The notes: generated from the letters alone by a model not told the origin. A stretch of DNA of 64,000 bases from Nitrosomonas sp. (GCF_043753625.1 NZ_JAYUWI010000118.1:4141-68140), one strand, 5' to 3'; counted from the first letter of the stretch, positions 35,286-46,084 are shown. Made by a program: numbers and translations.

Positions 35286-36584
35286 TTACTTCCAAGTTGG
35301 TAAAGGACCCCATGCTGGCTCTCTTATATCACCTGTTTGTACTGAAAGATGCTGCCTTGTCTGTCCATCCCTGGAAACTGCGGATAATATACCATGCCCG
35401 TTAATCTCAGTTGCATATAAGATCATCTTGCCGTTAGGCGCAAAACTAGGCGATTCATCAAATTTGGAGTTTGTCAGTATTTGTACCTGTCGTGATCCAA
35501 TTTCCTGAACAGCGACGTTAAACTGACCATTGTTCCGATGGATAAAAGTAAAACTTTTACCATCTTGACTATAATCCGGGCTGACATTGTAGCTACCTTC
35601 GAAAGTAAGCCGCTCAGCATTACTGGTTTCAGTAGCGGTTACGGACATTCGATAAATTTGCGGACTGCCGCCACGATCGGAAGTAAATAAAATATATCGG
35701 CCATCAGGTGAAAAGTTCGGTTCCGTATCGATCCCAGAACTTCTGCTTAATCTTTGCAAGCCACTTCCATCAGCATTCACCAGGAATATTTGCGATCCGC
35801 CTTGCCCGGTCAATACAACAGCCAGTTTTTTTCCATCGGGAGACCAGGCTGGCGCACTGTTACTGCCTTTAAAGCTGGCAACCGCCCGACGCTCACGCGT
35901 CGCTAATTTTTGCACATAAACAATCGGCTTTTTGTTCTCAAATGAAACATAGGCCAATTGATTGCCATCGGGTGACCAAGCAGGAGAAATAATCGGTTCT
36001 GAGTATTCAATGATGGATTGGGCGTTATAGCCATCCGCATCAGCGACCTGAAGCGCATACTTATTGCCGCGCTTCAACACATAAGCAATACGGGTACTGA
36101 ATACCCCCACATCGCCCGTCAATGCTTCGTAGATAACATCCGCAATACGATGCGCCGCCATACGCAATTGTGCCGTAGGTACCGTGATCGCCAAACCAGT
36201 CAATTGCGATTTTTTAGCGACATCCATCAAACGGAATTGAATCTCCACCTGATCGCCGGATATCGGGACTACACGGCCAATTATTAATGCATTAGCGCCA
36301 CGATTGGCCCAGTCAGCATATACGACTTCCCCAGGTGCGTGCGGCGACAGGCCAGCAGGATCAACCAGTTTAAACAAGCCAGTCCGTTGCAAATCAGCAC
36401 TAATCACTGGCGTAATACTTTGCTGAAGTTTATTTTCATCAGCAAAAGGAACAATAGCAATAGGAATGCGCGACGCTCCGCCACCAAAAATCTCGATATT
36501 CAGTTGCGCGTACACGGGCGCACTGATCAGACATAAAAGCAGAATCAATGCACGATAAATAGGTTTGGGCCGATGTAATGACAT
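35286..36584 (-). CDS. tolB: TolB (probable start ATG 36584)
   Basis: IAIVPF, TRIAYV and repeated PAWSPDG beta-propeller blades. Confidence 0.96.
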   Translation of the reverse strand: MSLHRPKPIYRALILLLCLISAPVYAQLNIEIFGGGASRIPIAIVPFADENKLQQSITPVISADLQRTGLFKLVDPAGLSPHAPGEVVYADWANRGANALIIGRVVPISGDQVEIQFRLMDVAKKSQLTGLAITVPTAQLRMAAHRIADVIYEALTGDVGVFSTRIAYVLKRGNKYALQVADADGYNAQSIIEYSEPIISPAWSPDGNQLAYVSFENKKPIVYVQKLATRERRAVASFKGSNSAPAWSPDGKKLAVVLTGQGGSQIFLVNADGSGLQRLSRSSGIDTEPNFSPDGRYILFTSDRGGSPQIYRMSVTATETSNAERLTFEGSYNVSPDYSQDGKSFTFIHRNNGQFNVAVQEIGSRQVQILTNSKFDESPSFAPNGKMILYATEINGHGILSAVSRDGQTRQHLSVQTGDIREPAWGPLPTWK

Positions 36585-36632
36585 AAGTATTAAATTTTCA
36601 AATAACAAAAAATTCCCCATCGATTATAACAA

Positions 36633-37637
36633 TCATTCACGATAATGCACCGTAATGTTCAAATTACGAAATTCATTAAATAATGCAGGATCAGGCGGTA
36701 GCGGTAATGGTTTTGACAAAAAGATTGCGCGCTCAACCGCATTATCAAACGCCGCGTGCCCGCTACTCTTGCTTAACCTGACATCGAGAATATCACCGCC
36801 TGGGAGCAGTGTAACGTTGAATTCAGCAACCGGATTACCCGGCAAATCCGGTGGCATCACGATTCTGCTCTTTATCTTGGCAAGAATCAGGGCTTTATAT
36901 TTCGATATCTCATTTGTTACCTGATTCCTTGCCGCAGCTTGTTGTGCAGCGCGTTTCGCATCGGCTTCCCGCTGTGCTTTTGCTTCCCGCTCACGTTGCT
37001 GTTGTGCGGCCAGATCTTTTTCTTTCTGTTTCTGCAGTTCCTTCTGTTTTTCCAGTTCTTTCTGCTTTTCTAGTTCTTTTTGTTTATCCAATTCCTTTTG
37101 TTTATCTAGCTCTTTCTTTTTTTCAAGTTCTTTTTGCTTCTCTATATCTTTTAATCTTTCCTGCTCTTTAATTTTTTCTTGTTCTTTTTTCTTTTGTTCT
37201 TCCAGATCCGGCTTAGTCTCTTTAATCGGCTCAGGCTTCTGCTTCAACGCGATATCGGGTTTTTTTACAGGTGGTTCCACAACTGCTTTCTGTGGCACAG
37301 GCTTGACCGGTTCAGGCTTAACCGGCTCCGGTTTGGCTGGTTCCGGTTTGGGCGGCTCTGGTTTAGTTGGCTCCGGCTCCGGCTCCGGTTTAGGTTTGAC
37401 GGGCTCTGGAACTGGTTTAGGTTGCTTTGGAGGCGGTTGAGTTTTGACTGGTTCCTGGATAGGCTTAGGTAACTCAGTCCATATATCGACAACCATGCCT
37501 TCTGGTGGATGGTCCTTCCAATCCAAACCAAAAATCATTATCGCAACGAAAATAAGATGTACCAGTAGCGCCAGTACACCAGCCAATAATATTCTAGGTT
37601 CGGAAGGGGATGAATTGCGTAAGATGCTCACACTCAT
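36633..37637 (-). CDS. tolA: TolA
   Basis: N-terminal TM with AxxxH, Pro-rich and Lys/Glu-rich stalk, TonB-C-like C-terminal domain. Confidence 0.92.
   Translation of the reverse strand: MSVSILRNSSPSEPRILLAGVLALLVHLIFVAIMIFGLDWKDHPPEGMVVDIWTELPKPIQEPVKTQPPPKQPKPVPEPVKPKPEPEPEPTKPEPPKPEPAKPEPVKPEPVKPVPQKAVVEPPVKKPDIALKQKPEPIKETKPDLEEQKKKEQEKIKEQERLKDIEKQKELEKKKELDKQKELDKQKELEKQKELEKQKELQKQKEKDLAAQQQREREAKAQREADAKRAAQQAAARNQVTNEISKYKALILAKIKSRIVMPPDLPGNPVAEFNVTLLPGGDILDVRLSKSSGHAAFDNAVERAIFLSKPLPLPPDPALFNEFRNLNITVHYRE
37018..37143 (-). repeat. Degenerate 18-bp tandem repeat in tolA (about seven EKQKEL-type units)
   Basis: EKQKEL EKKKEL DKQKEL DKQKEL EKQKEL EKQKEL QKQKEK. Confidence 0.8.
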
Positions 37638-37647
37638 TACATATCGT

Positions 37648-38061
37648 TCATTTTTGTTGAGCCAGCAAACCCACTTTCTGCACTTGATTCTGCTGCAGAA
37701 TATCCATTACTTTAATCACTTCTTCGTAACGCACATTTTTATCAGCTGCAATCACGACCGGTTGCTCAGCATTTTGCGCCTGCTTTTGTTTAATGGCTTC
37801 AATCAATTGGTTTCTGTCTACTTTCTGTTCTGCCGCTGTTTTGGCACGATCACGCAAAGTCAGACTGCCATCTGCCTTAATGATCACTTCCAGAGGCGCT
37901 ACTGGTGTCGCTAAGGATTTACCAATTTGCGGTAACTCGATCTGTCCATGGTTAATCATCGGCGCTGTAATCATAAAAATAATTAACAGTACCAGCATCA
38001 CATCAATGTACGGCACCACATTGATCTCATTCATTAATCGATGTTTGGCACGACGCGCCAT
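37648..38061 (-). CDS. tolR: TolR
   Basis: EINVVPYIDVMLVLLIIFM and AADKNVRY. Confidence 0.96.
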   Translation of the reverse strand: MARRAKHRLMNEINVVPYIDVMLVLLIIFMITAPMINHGQIELPQIGKSLATPVAPLEVIIKADGSLTLRDRAKTAAEQKVDRNQLIEAIKQKQAQNAEQPVVIAADKNVRYEEVIKVMDILQQNQVQKVGLLAQQK

Positions 38062-38080
38062 AAAATCCCCTCAGTTCTTT

Positions 38081-38761
38081 CTATTCGGCTGCTCGCCGTT
38101 GCAACACATTGGACAATTCTTCCATAAAGCTCTCAAACCGTGTTGCCAGTTGATCCGTTCTGCTGGCGTAACGGTTATAAGCAACTACCGCCGGAATTGC
38201 CGCAAACAATCCCATCGCTGTTGCTATCAAGGCTTCCGCAATTCCGGGTGCAACATGCGCAATGGTTGCTTGCGTAACGCTGGATAAGCTGCGGAAAGAA
38301 TTCATAATTCCCCAGACGGTGCCTAACAAGCCAATATAGGGACTGACTGATCCAACGGTGGCCAGGAATGACAAGTGAGATTCCAGATGATCCATTTCCC
38401 GTTGATAAGTAGCGCGCATGGCTCGGCGGGTGCTTTCCATCACCGCGTCAAGATCAGATCCGGCCGGGTGCTTGTTAAATTCACCAAAACCGGCAGCAAA
38501 TATTCGCTCCAAACTGCCCGACTCATAACGTGAACTGATGATGCGTTGATGCAATGCATTCAAATCGACACCACGCCAGAAAATATCCTCGAATTCATCT
38601 GTTTTCTTTATTTCATAGCGTATGACGAATAATTTACGAAAAATAAACCACCACGATGACAGTGAAATCAATACTAAAATCAACATCACCAGTTGCACCA
38701 GCAAACTGGCGCTACTGATCAGATGAAGAAATGACATGTCTTGTGTTACTGTTGTACTCAT
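38081..38761 (-). CDS. tolQ: TolQ
   Basis: SPYIGLLGTVWGIM and PGIAEALIATA. Confidence 0.96.
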   Translation of the reverse strand: MSTTVTQDMSFLHLISSASLLVQLVMLILVLISLSSWWFIFRKLFVIRYEIKKTDEFEDIFWRGVDLNALHQRIISSRYESGSLERIFAAGFGEFNKHPAGSDLDAVMESTRRAMRATYQREMDHLESHLSFLATVGSVSPYIGLLGTVWGIMNSFRSLSSVTQATIAHVAPGIAEALIATAMGLFAAIPAVVAYNRYASRTDQLATRFESFMEELSNVLQRRAAE

Positions 38762-39168
38762 GCGAACTTCCCAATTTTCTCACGTAATGGCACAGGGATA
38801 CTCACTGGTTTGAGCTTTTCTGCGCCGACACACACCACATGGATCGTGGCACTCACTAGCTTGACATGGTTGCATAATATTTCCTGAGATAACGTGATAC
38901 GACTCCTGCCTATCTCTGCAACTGCTACCGTCACATTCAACAAATCATCCAGTATTGCTGGCTTGAAATAATCAATTTCAAGCGAACGCACCATGAACAA
39001 GATCTTATGAATTTCAATCAATGAATTGACATTAAATCCCAACTCCCTGAGCCATTCATAGCGTGCCCGCTCCATAAAATTCAGGTATGTTGGATGATAT
39101 ACCACGCCACCCGCATCAGTATCCTGATAATAGACACGAATAGGGAGTGAGAAGTTATTGTTTAACAT
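38758..39168 (-). CDS. ybgC: Tol-Pal-associated acyl-CoA thioesterase
   Basis: RVYYQDTDAGGVVYH motif; first gene of the tol operon. Confidence 0.94.
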   Translation of the reverse strand: MLNNNFSLPIRVYYQDTDAGGVVYHPTYLNFMERARYEWLRELGFNVNSLIEIHKILFMVRSLEIDYFKPAILDDLLNVTVAVAEIGRSRITLSQEILCNHVKLVSATIHVVCVGAEKLKPVSIPVPLREKIGKFA

Positions 39169-39471
39169 TCCGAGCTGGATACCTAAATTGTACTGATACT
39201 TTGCGTATCATTATTCAGATGGCTAACAGAATCTGATTCTGTGCATTATTAACCTGTTCCAGCGTCATGTTATAACTACAAGACAGCAGGACAGCCTGAT
39301 GTAAAACCTGGATATTTTATTCTAATAACGAACTCAGCCAATTCTCTTACGTCTTGCGTAAGCGATACAAATTATAAATTATAAACGTTGCCTGAATGAA
39401 CTTTATTGCAAAAAATTCTGTGTCGCACTGACTTAAAATTGAAGATGCACCCAATTACCGTGCAAATTTCT

Positions 39472-40359
39472 CTAAGCAGGAAAAACCCCGGTAGACAAAT
39501 AACGATCGCCGCGGTCACAAACAATCAACACAATCACCGCATTCTCAACTTGAGCGGATATCCTTAACGCAGCCACCAAGGCACCACCTGATGAGATACC
39601 CGCAAAAATTCCCTCTTCACTGGCCAGCCGTCGCGTCAGGTCTTCAGCTTCATTTTGAGAAACGTATAACAATTCATCAACCTGTTTTGGATCATATATT
39701 TTAGGCAAGTAAGCCGGGGACCATTTGCGAATACCTGGAATTTGCGCCCCTTCTTCCGGCTGCACACCAATAATTTTAATCGTTGATTGCTGTTCTTTAA
39801 AGAATCTCGCACAACCCATGATCGTACCGGTAGTTCCCATACTACTGACAAAATGTGTAATCTTTCCTTGGGTATCCCGCCAGATTTCTGGCGCCGTGCC
39901 TTCGTAATGCGCCAAAGGATTATCCGGATTAGCAAATTGATTAAGAATTATCCCTTGTCCTTCATTCTGCATCTTTTCCGCTAAATCCCGCGCATGCTCC
40001 ATACTTCCTGCTTTTGGAGTGAGTATAATTTTTGCGCCGTATGCGCTCATGGATTGCCGCCGCTCTATACTCAAATTCTCTGGCATGATCAATACCATGC
40101 GATAACCCATAATTGCGGCAGCCATTGCCAGCGCGATACCGGTATTGCCGCTGGTTGCTTCAATCAGCGTGTCACCCGGTTTAATTTCTCCGCGTTTCTG
40201 CGCATGAGAAATCATCGACAACGCCGGCCGGTCTTTTACCGAACCGGCCGGATTATTACCCTCGAGCTTGGCGAGTATGACATTACTGGTTGCTCCAGGC
40301 AGGTGCTTAAGTTTTACTAAGGGCGTATTACCAACAAAATTCTCAATCGTTTTATACAT
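39472..40359 (-). CDS. cysM: Cysteine synthase B (start reassigned to ATG 40359)
   Basis: KLEGNNPAGSVKDR (PLP Lys), EATSGNTG, MGTTGT and DRGDRYLS. Confidence 0.95.
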   Translation of the reverse strand: MYKTIENFVGNTPLVKLKHLPGATSNVILAKLEGNNPAGSVKDRPALSMISHAQKRGEIKPGDTLIEATSGNTGIALAMAAAIMGYRMVLIMPENLSIERRQSMSAYGAKIILTPKAGSMEHARDLAEKMQNEGQGIILNQFANPDNPLAHYEGTAPEIWRDTQGKITHFVSSMGTTGTIMGCARFFKEQQSTIKIIGVQPEEGAQIPGIRKWSPAYLPKIYDPKQVDELLYVSQNEAEDLTRRLASEEGIFAGISSGGALVAALRISAQVENAVIVLIVCDRGDRYLSTGVFPA

Positions 40360-40435
40360 GAGCGCTAATCTTATATTAGATCGTTTGAGATTATCACACA
40401 TGCGGCCTGCAATGAAACACTGCACTCATCCAAAT

Positions 40436-40473
40436 AAAAACCCCCTCTGAATTTTCTTCAGAAGGGGTTTTTT
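40436..40473. terminator. Intrinsic terminator after comEA
   Basis: AAAAACCCCCTCTGAA-TTTTC-TTCAGAAGGGGTTTTTT. Confidence 0.8.
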
Positions 40474-40490
40474 AATCTAAAACAAAAACA

Positions 40491-40778
40491 TTACTCCGGT
40501 TTAGCTGGAGCCTCTGCACTTTTCTCACCTTCTACGGTAACCACATCACGCAGTTGTTTGACAGTTCCAGAACCAATACCACTGACCTTTTCCAAATCAT
40601 CTATCGAAGCAAAGAGACCGACTTTCTCACGATACTCAATGATCGCTTTTGCTTTGGCAGGGCCAATCCCTTGCAGAGCTTCCAGCTCAGTTTGCGAAGC
40701 TGTATTGATATTGACAGCTGCAAATGCAGTGCCGGTAAACAGGAACATTAGAGCCATTATAAGAAAAAATTTCTTCAT
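40491..40778 (-). CDS. comEA: ComEA-family HhH DNA-binding protein (start reassigned to ATG 40778)
   Basis: Signal peptide, VNINTAS-x-x-EL-x-x-L-x-GIG-x-x-KA and VSGIG. Confidence 0.9.
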   Translation of the reverse strand: MKKFFLIMALMFLFTGTAFAAVNINTASQTELEALQGIGPAKAKAIIEYREKVGLFASIDDLEKVSGIGSGTVKQLRDVVTVEGEKSAEAPAKPE

Positions 40779-40998
40779 AGAATCTCCTTTATCAAATACA
40801 AACACTGATGCATGAAACAAAAAACGCTTCAGTTTTTGTGGGTTAGAAAATACCCGCATACATAACTCGAAACCGCTATGCACACCGGCAAAAGTGATAA
40901 CGGATTCAGCAGGAATTAATTTAACCGCACATGAATCATCTATATTTCAGATACTTGACTATACAGTCTGTGAAGAAATTGAATAGAGCCGGGGTTAA

Positions 40999-42651
40999 TC
41001 AAGCGTTACGAAAGCGTGAATGCTTGACGATCAGAATCGTAATCAGCGGCAATACAAATCCAATAATTGTGACGGTAATCAACAGATGCCCTAACTCGCT
41101 ATAGTCTGCCGGAATAGTCACTTGACCTGAAGCAATATCTTTCACCTCACGTTTCACTTCATACAATTGGTTGAGATACTTGGTTCCCAGTTGTGAAGCC
41201 GACAAGGCCAAGTTCGTAAAGGATGCCATCACCGCAAAAAATGTAGCTTTAAGCTTTTCCGGTGCAGAATTTGCGATCCAAGCCAACATCGGAATCATAG
41301 CAATCTGGCCCAGCGGTGATTCCAGTGCGGTATCAATCAGCGCAATGAAACGCGCATCGACTACGCCCCCCGTTACTGAAGCAGTCCACTCATGCAGACC
41401 AAAATACATGCCAATAATCGGCGCCGAAAGGAAGGTACCGACGATGGTAAGAAAGCCGATGATGTATGCAATCGAGCGTTCGGCCATAAAGCGGCGGAAA
41501 ATAAACATGCCGAATAGTGTCAGTACGGCGCCAACTAAAGACAATACGGCGAGAAACTGCTGATCAAAGTCCAATGTATCAATCATCCACCAGGTGGAAC
41601 CGGCACCCGGCCCGGGAATCGCACGAAATACGAATATCATAACGGCTGTACCGACCAGCACATTACGCGCATCCGGTTCAAGCTCTCCAGTCAATCGCCA
41701 CATCAGAAATATCACGATTGCCATGGAAATAATAAATACGATTTCTTCTCCACCGGATATACGGCTCAGACCGACACCCAGTGACAGGACAGTAAAAACC
41801 AATCCCCCGCCCAGAATCCACCAGTTAATGGATGGTGGCTCCGAATGAAGACCCAGCAATACACCTGCTTCCTGCCGGCTATGACCTTGAGCAAGAAAAC
41901 GTTTCATGTCACGCCGCTGCAACCAGGATGCGAAGACCACACCAAAAATTGAAACTAGCGGAATAATTAATGCCAATTGATAAACAAATAAATAGACAGC
42001 TTCTTTCTCAGCTTCTGGCAGCGTTCCAGCATCACGTAACAAAAAAACATTGGCGATGGATACCAGCACACCCCCGCCGATGATGGCAACACGCCCCAAG
42101 GTTTGCATGGTGACATGCATCAATTTCCGTTTATCCGGGTCCAGCTTCTGACCATTCTCATCGACACGCGGCACTGCTTCAACGGTCATCGCATCTGCCA
42201 CCACATCCTGTAAAACATAACCAATCGGAGCCAGTAAAGCCGATATAACAAACCAAGTTTCAACCGAAGCCATGGCTGCCATCGCTTCGGTATGCCCAAG
42301 CAATCCGATCATGATCAGCAAGCTCAGCATGATCAAACTGGCCCCTAGATACACCAACAAACCCTTCCAGCGCCATACCAGATCAACCAAATGGCCCAAA
42401 GGCATTTTCAGCGCCCACGGCAACATCATCCAAAATCCAAGCATGGCTAGAAATTCGGCGGAGAGCCCAAGCTTTTCCTTCACGTAAAATGTGCCAACAA
42501 TACCTGTCAGACCGGAAATACCTGCAGCCACATAAACCATCAGCGGTGGTAAATAAGACAGCCGCATTTCACGCCCTAATGCAAAAATATTAGCGCTAAA
42601 CCATTGGGCAATCACGGATAAAAATCCGTTAGCTGGTAATAGATTCTTCAT
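40999..42651 (-). CDS. BT1-like folate/biopterin MFS transporter
   Basis: PWALKMPLG, DVVADAMTVE and MASFTNLA; multi-TM. Confidence 0.7.
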   Translation of the reverse strand: MKNLLPANGFLSVIAQWFSANIFALGREMRLSYLPPLMVYVAAGISGLTGIVGTFYVKEKLGLSAEFLAMLGFWMMLPWALKMPLGHLVDLVWRWKGLLVYLGASLIMLSLLIMIGLLGHTEAMAAMASVETWFVISALLAPIGYVLQDVVADAMTVEAVPRVDENGQKLDPDKRKLMHVTMQTLGRVAIIGGGVLVSIANVFLLRDAGTLPEAEKEAVYLFVYQLALIIPLVSIFGVVFASWLQRRDMKRFLAQGHSRQEAGVLLGLHSEPPSINWWILGGGLVFTVLSLGVGLSRISGGEEIVFIISMAIVIFLMWRLTGELEPDARNVLVGTAVMIFVFRAIPGPGAGSTWWMIDTLDFDQQFLAVLSLVGAVLTLFGMFIFRRFMAERSIAYIIGFLTIVGTFLSAPIIGMYFGLHEWTASVTGGVVDARFIALIDTALESPLGQIAMIPMLAWIANSAPEKLKATFFAVMASFTNLALSASQLGTKYLNQLYEVKREVKDIASGQVTIPADYSELGHLLITVTIIGFVLPLITILIVKHSRFRNA

Positions 42652-42691
42652 AAATTTTAGCTTGCTTCAGATTTGATTTTCTTGAATGCGA

Positions 42692-43834
42692 TTACTGTTG
42701 TTTAGGCCGTATACCTACTGTGACTTGGATTGTTTTTTCCTGCTTATTGCGGATCACAGTGACTGCAACCTTGTCATTGGGCGACAATGCCGCAACCCGA
42801 TTCAGCATGTCTGATGAATTCTTCATCGGCTTACCTTCGACAGCTATGATGATATCGCCAGGTTTGATACCCGCTTTGTCTGCCGGACCATCTCTGAGCA
42901 CACTCGCCACCAAGGCCCCTATCGGACTATCCAGACCAAATGATTCTGCCAGATCCTGCGTCATATCCTGCATGCTGACACCCAACCAGCCTCGGGTCAC
43001 GCTGCCGGACTGGATAATTTGTTCCATGATCTGTTTAGCAACATGAATAGGAATGGCGAAACCAATACCGAGTGAACCACCGCTGCTTGAATAAATCGCC
43101 GTATTAATACCGATCAAATTACCCGACGTATCGGTCAGTGCCCCCCCCGAGTTACCTGGATTGATCGCCGCGTCGATTTGAATAAAATCTTCAAAAGTAT
43201 TAATCCCAACCCGGCTCCGGCTCATTGCGCTGACAATACCCATGGTAACACTTTGCCCGACGCCAAAAGGATTTCCTACTGCCAGTACAACATCGCCCAC
43301 TTTAACCTGCTGTGACTGGCCAAAAGTTATGGCGGGTAATTCTTCCAGTTTTATCTTCAGCACTGCCAGATCTGTTTCAGGATCCGAGCCGATAATACTT
43401 GCTTTGGCTTTTCTACCGTCGACCAAGGCAATTTCTACTTCATCCGCAGCTTCCACCACATGATGATTGGTCAATATATAGCCGTTAGGACTGACAATCA
43501 CGCCAGAACCCAGGCTTGATGTACGCCGCGCTTTGGACTCAGATTGTTCGCCAAAGAATCGGCGAAACATGGGATCATTCAGCAACGGATGAGAAGGTTC
43601 TTCTTTTATTTCTTTACTGGTAAAAATGTTGACAACGGACGGCATGGCTATTTCGGCCGCCTTGGAATAACTGTCCGATCTTTCCGTATCAACGACAGGC
43701 GCGGCCTCTTTGACCGTCACGATTTCCCCCCGGGGTTTCCAGGGAAGCAATTCAGGCCGTAGCGTGGAGATCACAAAAAAAATAGCCAGCAACACTGCTG
43801 CCGTTTGTGCAAAAATCAACCAGAGTCTGTACAT
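42692..43834 (-). CDS. HtrA-family serine protease with one PDZ domain (DegS/DegQ-like)
   Basis: TNHHV, TDLAVL, INPGNSGGAL and C-terminal PDZ GWLGV..GPADKAGI. Confidence 0.92.
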   Translation of the reverse strand: MYRLWLIFAQTAAVLLAIFFVISTLRPELLPWKPRGEIVTVKEAAPVVDTERSDSYSKAAEIAMPSVVNIFTSKEIKEEPSHPLLNDPMFRRFFGEQSESKARRTSSLGSGVIVSPNGYILTNHHVVEAADEVEIALVDGRKAKASIIGSDPETDLAVLKIKLEELPAITFGQSQQVKVGDVVLAVGNPFGVGQSVTMGIVSAMSRSRVGINTFEDFIQIDAAINPGNSGGALTDTSGNLIGINTAIYSSSGGSLGIGFAIPIHVAKQIMEQIIQSGSVTRGWLGVSMQDMTQDLAESFGLDSPIGALVASVLRDGPADKAGIKPGDIIIAVEGKPMKNSSDMLNRVAALSPNDKVAVTVIRNKQEKTIQVTVGIRPKQQ

Positions 43835-43907
43835 CAAAGCGTGTTACTCCAAAATTAAAATTATTGCGGCACTATTGATAGTAGTATATGCGCGAAGGAG
43901 AAAATCA

Positions 43908-44654
43908 ATGCATCGAGATGAGTTGGAAAACCATCTGAATCAATTACTGGATATACCCCGCTTCCATGATTATTGCCCAAATGGCCTGCAAGTGGAAGGG
44001 CGCAGCAACATTCTTACCCTGATTAGTGGCGTTACGGCCTCACTCGATCTTCTGCAAGCAGCCGCGACAGCCAAGGCAGATGCCATTCTCGTTCATCATG
44101 GCTATTTCTGGCGCGGAGAAGATACACGCATCACTGGCATAAAAGCCCGCCGCATTGCATTGCTTATGCACCAACAAATCAATTTATTTGCCTATCATCT
44201 GCCGTTAGACGCGCATCCGCAGTTTGGCAACAATGCACTATTGGGAAAGAAACTGGGATTTATCGAAACGGGTCATTTTGGCGATCAGGACATCGCAGTA
44301 CAGGGAGAATTAGCCCAAGCTACAACCCTGAGTGCTTTGGGTGAAAAAATATCACGGACTTTGTTACGCAAACCGAAGATAATCGGCGATCCCGATAAAA
44401 CTATCCGGCGCATCGCATGGTGCACCGGTGCCGCGCAAGGCTATTTTGAAGCAGCGATCCAGCAAGGTGTTGATGCCTACATCACTGGTGAAATCTCAGA
44501 GCAAAATGTTCATGCTGCACGGGAATCCGGTGTCGCATTTATCGTTGCGGGGCACCATGCAACGGAGCGTTATGGTGTACAAGCATTAGGTGACCACATT
44601 GCACAAAAATTCGGTATCCAGCATCAGTTTATTGATATTGAGAATCCGGTGTGA
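43908..44654 (+). CDS. Nif3/YbgI-like dinuclear metal centre protein (start reassigned to ATG 43908)
   Basis: DYCPNGLQVEG, VHHGYFW, YHLPLDAH and GHHATE; AAGGAG RBS. Confidence 0.94.
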   Translation: MHRDELENHLNQLLDIPRFHDYCPNGLQVEGRSNILTLISGVTASLDLLQAAATAKADAILVHHGYFWRGEDTRITGIKARRIALLMHQQINLFAYHLPLDAHPQFGNNALLGKKLGFIETGHFGDQDIAVQGELAQATTLSALGEKISRTLLRKPKIIGDPDKTIRRIAWCTGAAQGYFEAAIQQGVDAYITGEISEQNVHAARESGVAFIVAGHHATERYGVQALGDHIAQKFGIQHQFIDIENPV

Positions 44655-44718
44655 CGGGACATAATCTGGCAATATTTCAATCAGAATATATAATAACGGG
44701 CTGAATAGCTGCTATCTA

Positions 44719-44829
44719 TCAGTCTTTGTTTTCATCATCCTTCTTTTTTTTACCTGAAAACATGGTCCACCAGACGACAAAAAGCAATAATCCTAATACC
44801 ACAGCTGCTTCGACTGCAAGTAACCACAT
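44719..44829 (-). CDS. 36-aa single-TM small protein (not in the ORF track)
   Basis: MWLLAVEAAVVLGLLLFVVWWTMFSGKKKKDDENKD*; hydrophobic helix, WWT-x-FSG and a positive-inside Lys tail. Confidence 0.7.
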   Translation of the reverse strand: MWLLAVEAAVVLGLLLFVVWWTMFSGKKKKDDENKD

Positions 44830-44884
44830 AATTTAAGTTTGCTATAAAGTTAAGAAACCAAGCTGTCACTTTAACCAATATTTG

Positions 44885-46084
44885 ATGAAAAACCAATTAA
44901 GTTTTATTGTAGCTGCTTCGTTCCTGTTACTCACTGCCTGTACGACCGGAACAATCAGCCCCACCTTGCCACCGAGTCAGCCGACCGTAACCGTCACACC
45001 ACCGCCCGAAAAACCGCTGACAAAATCCATCCATAAACGCGCTCAATGGTCTGCGCTAAATGGCTGGACGGATGATGATCTGTTACCTGCATGGCAGGCT
45101 TTTTTGAAAAGTTGTACGGTTTTAAGCAAACAACCGGTCTGGAAAGAAAACTGCAAAGCGGCTACTGCACTGCAAAAACCCAATAACACAACGCTGAGAA
45201 TTTTTTTTGAAAGCTACTTCACGCCCTATCAGATTATCAACACCGATAACAGTGAAGAAGGATTAGTGACAGGCTACTACGAACCGCTTCTCAAAGGCAG
45301 CCGAAAACCCTCCAGCCGTTATCGCTATCCGATTTATGCTACACCTAATGAACTTCTGACCATAGATTTAGGCGCAGCCTATCCGGAGCTTAAAGACCTG
45401 CGCCTGCGTGGCCGAGTGGATGGGCGCAAAATAGTCCCTTATTACAGCCGGGCAGAAATCATGACTAACCCGAAAATATTGAACGGTTATGAACTCTTGT
45501 GGGTGGAAGACGAAGTGGAATTGTTTTTTCTGCACATCCAAGGTTCCGGTCGAATCGTTTTCGATAACGGAGAAATGATAAAAATAGGCTTCGCCGACCA
45601 GAACGGCCATCCGTATAACTCTATTGGTAAACTTCTGGTACAGCGCGGCGACTTACCCTTGGAAAAAGCATCCATGCAAGGCATCAAGCAATGGGGGCAA
45701 CAAAACCCGAGTAAGTTGCCTGCGTTGTTGCAACAAAACGCACGTTACGTATTTTTTCGTGAACTACCCGCCGATTTATCCGGCCCGATCGGCGCTCTGG
45801 GTGTGCCATTAACAGCCGGGAGGAGCGTCGCCATCGATCCGCTCTCAATCCCGCAAGGCGCACCGGTATTTCTGGCAACCACCTGGCCAAATACCAACAA
45901 ACCCTTGAACCGGCTCATGGTCGCACAGGATGTCGGCAGTGCCATCAAAGGCGGAATCCGCGCTGACTTCTTCTGGGGATTTGGCCATGAAGCGGGTAAT
46001 CAAGCGGGCAGAATGAAGCAGTCGGGGAAAATGTGGGTGTTGATGCCTCGTGGCTATACGCCCCCTGCATTGACGCAGCAATAA
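44885..46084 (+). CDS. mltA: Membrane-bound lytic murein transglycosylase A
   Basis: Lipobox LTAC, TGYYEP, HIQGSG and AQDVGSAIKG-x-x-RADFFWG (3D domain). Confidence 0.95.
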   Translation: MKNQLSFIVAASFLLLTACTTGTISPTLPPSQPTVTVTPPPEKPLTKSIHKRAQWSALNGWTDDDLLPAWQAFLKSCTVLSKQPVWKENCKAATALQKPNNTTLRIFFESYFTPYQIINTDNSEEGLVTGYYEPLLKGSRKPSSRYRYPIYATPNELLTIDLGAAYPELKDLRLRGRVDGRKIVPYYSRAEIMTNPKILNGYELLWVEDEVELFFLHIQGSGRIVFDNGEMIKIGFADQNGHPYNSIGKLLVQRGDLPLEKASMQGIKQWGQQNPSKLPALLQQNARYVFFRELPADLSGPIGALGVPLTAGRSVAIDPLSIPQGAPVFLATTWPNTNKPLNRLMVAQDVGSAIKGGIRADFFWGFGHEAGNQAGRMKQSGKMWVLMPRGYTPPALTQQ

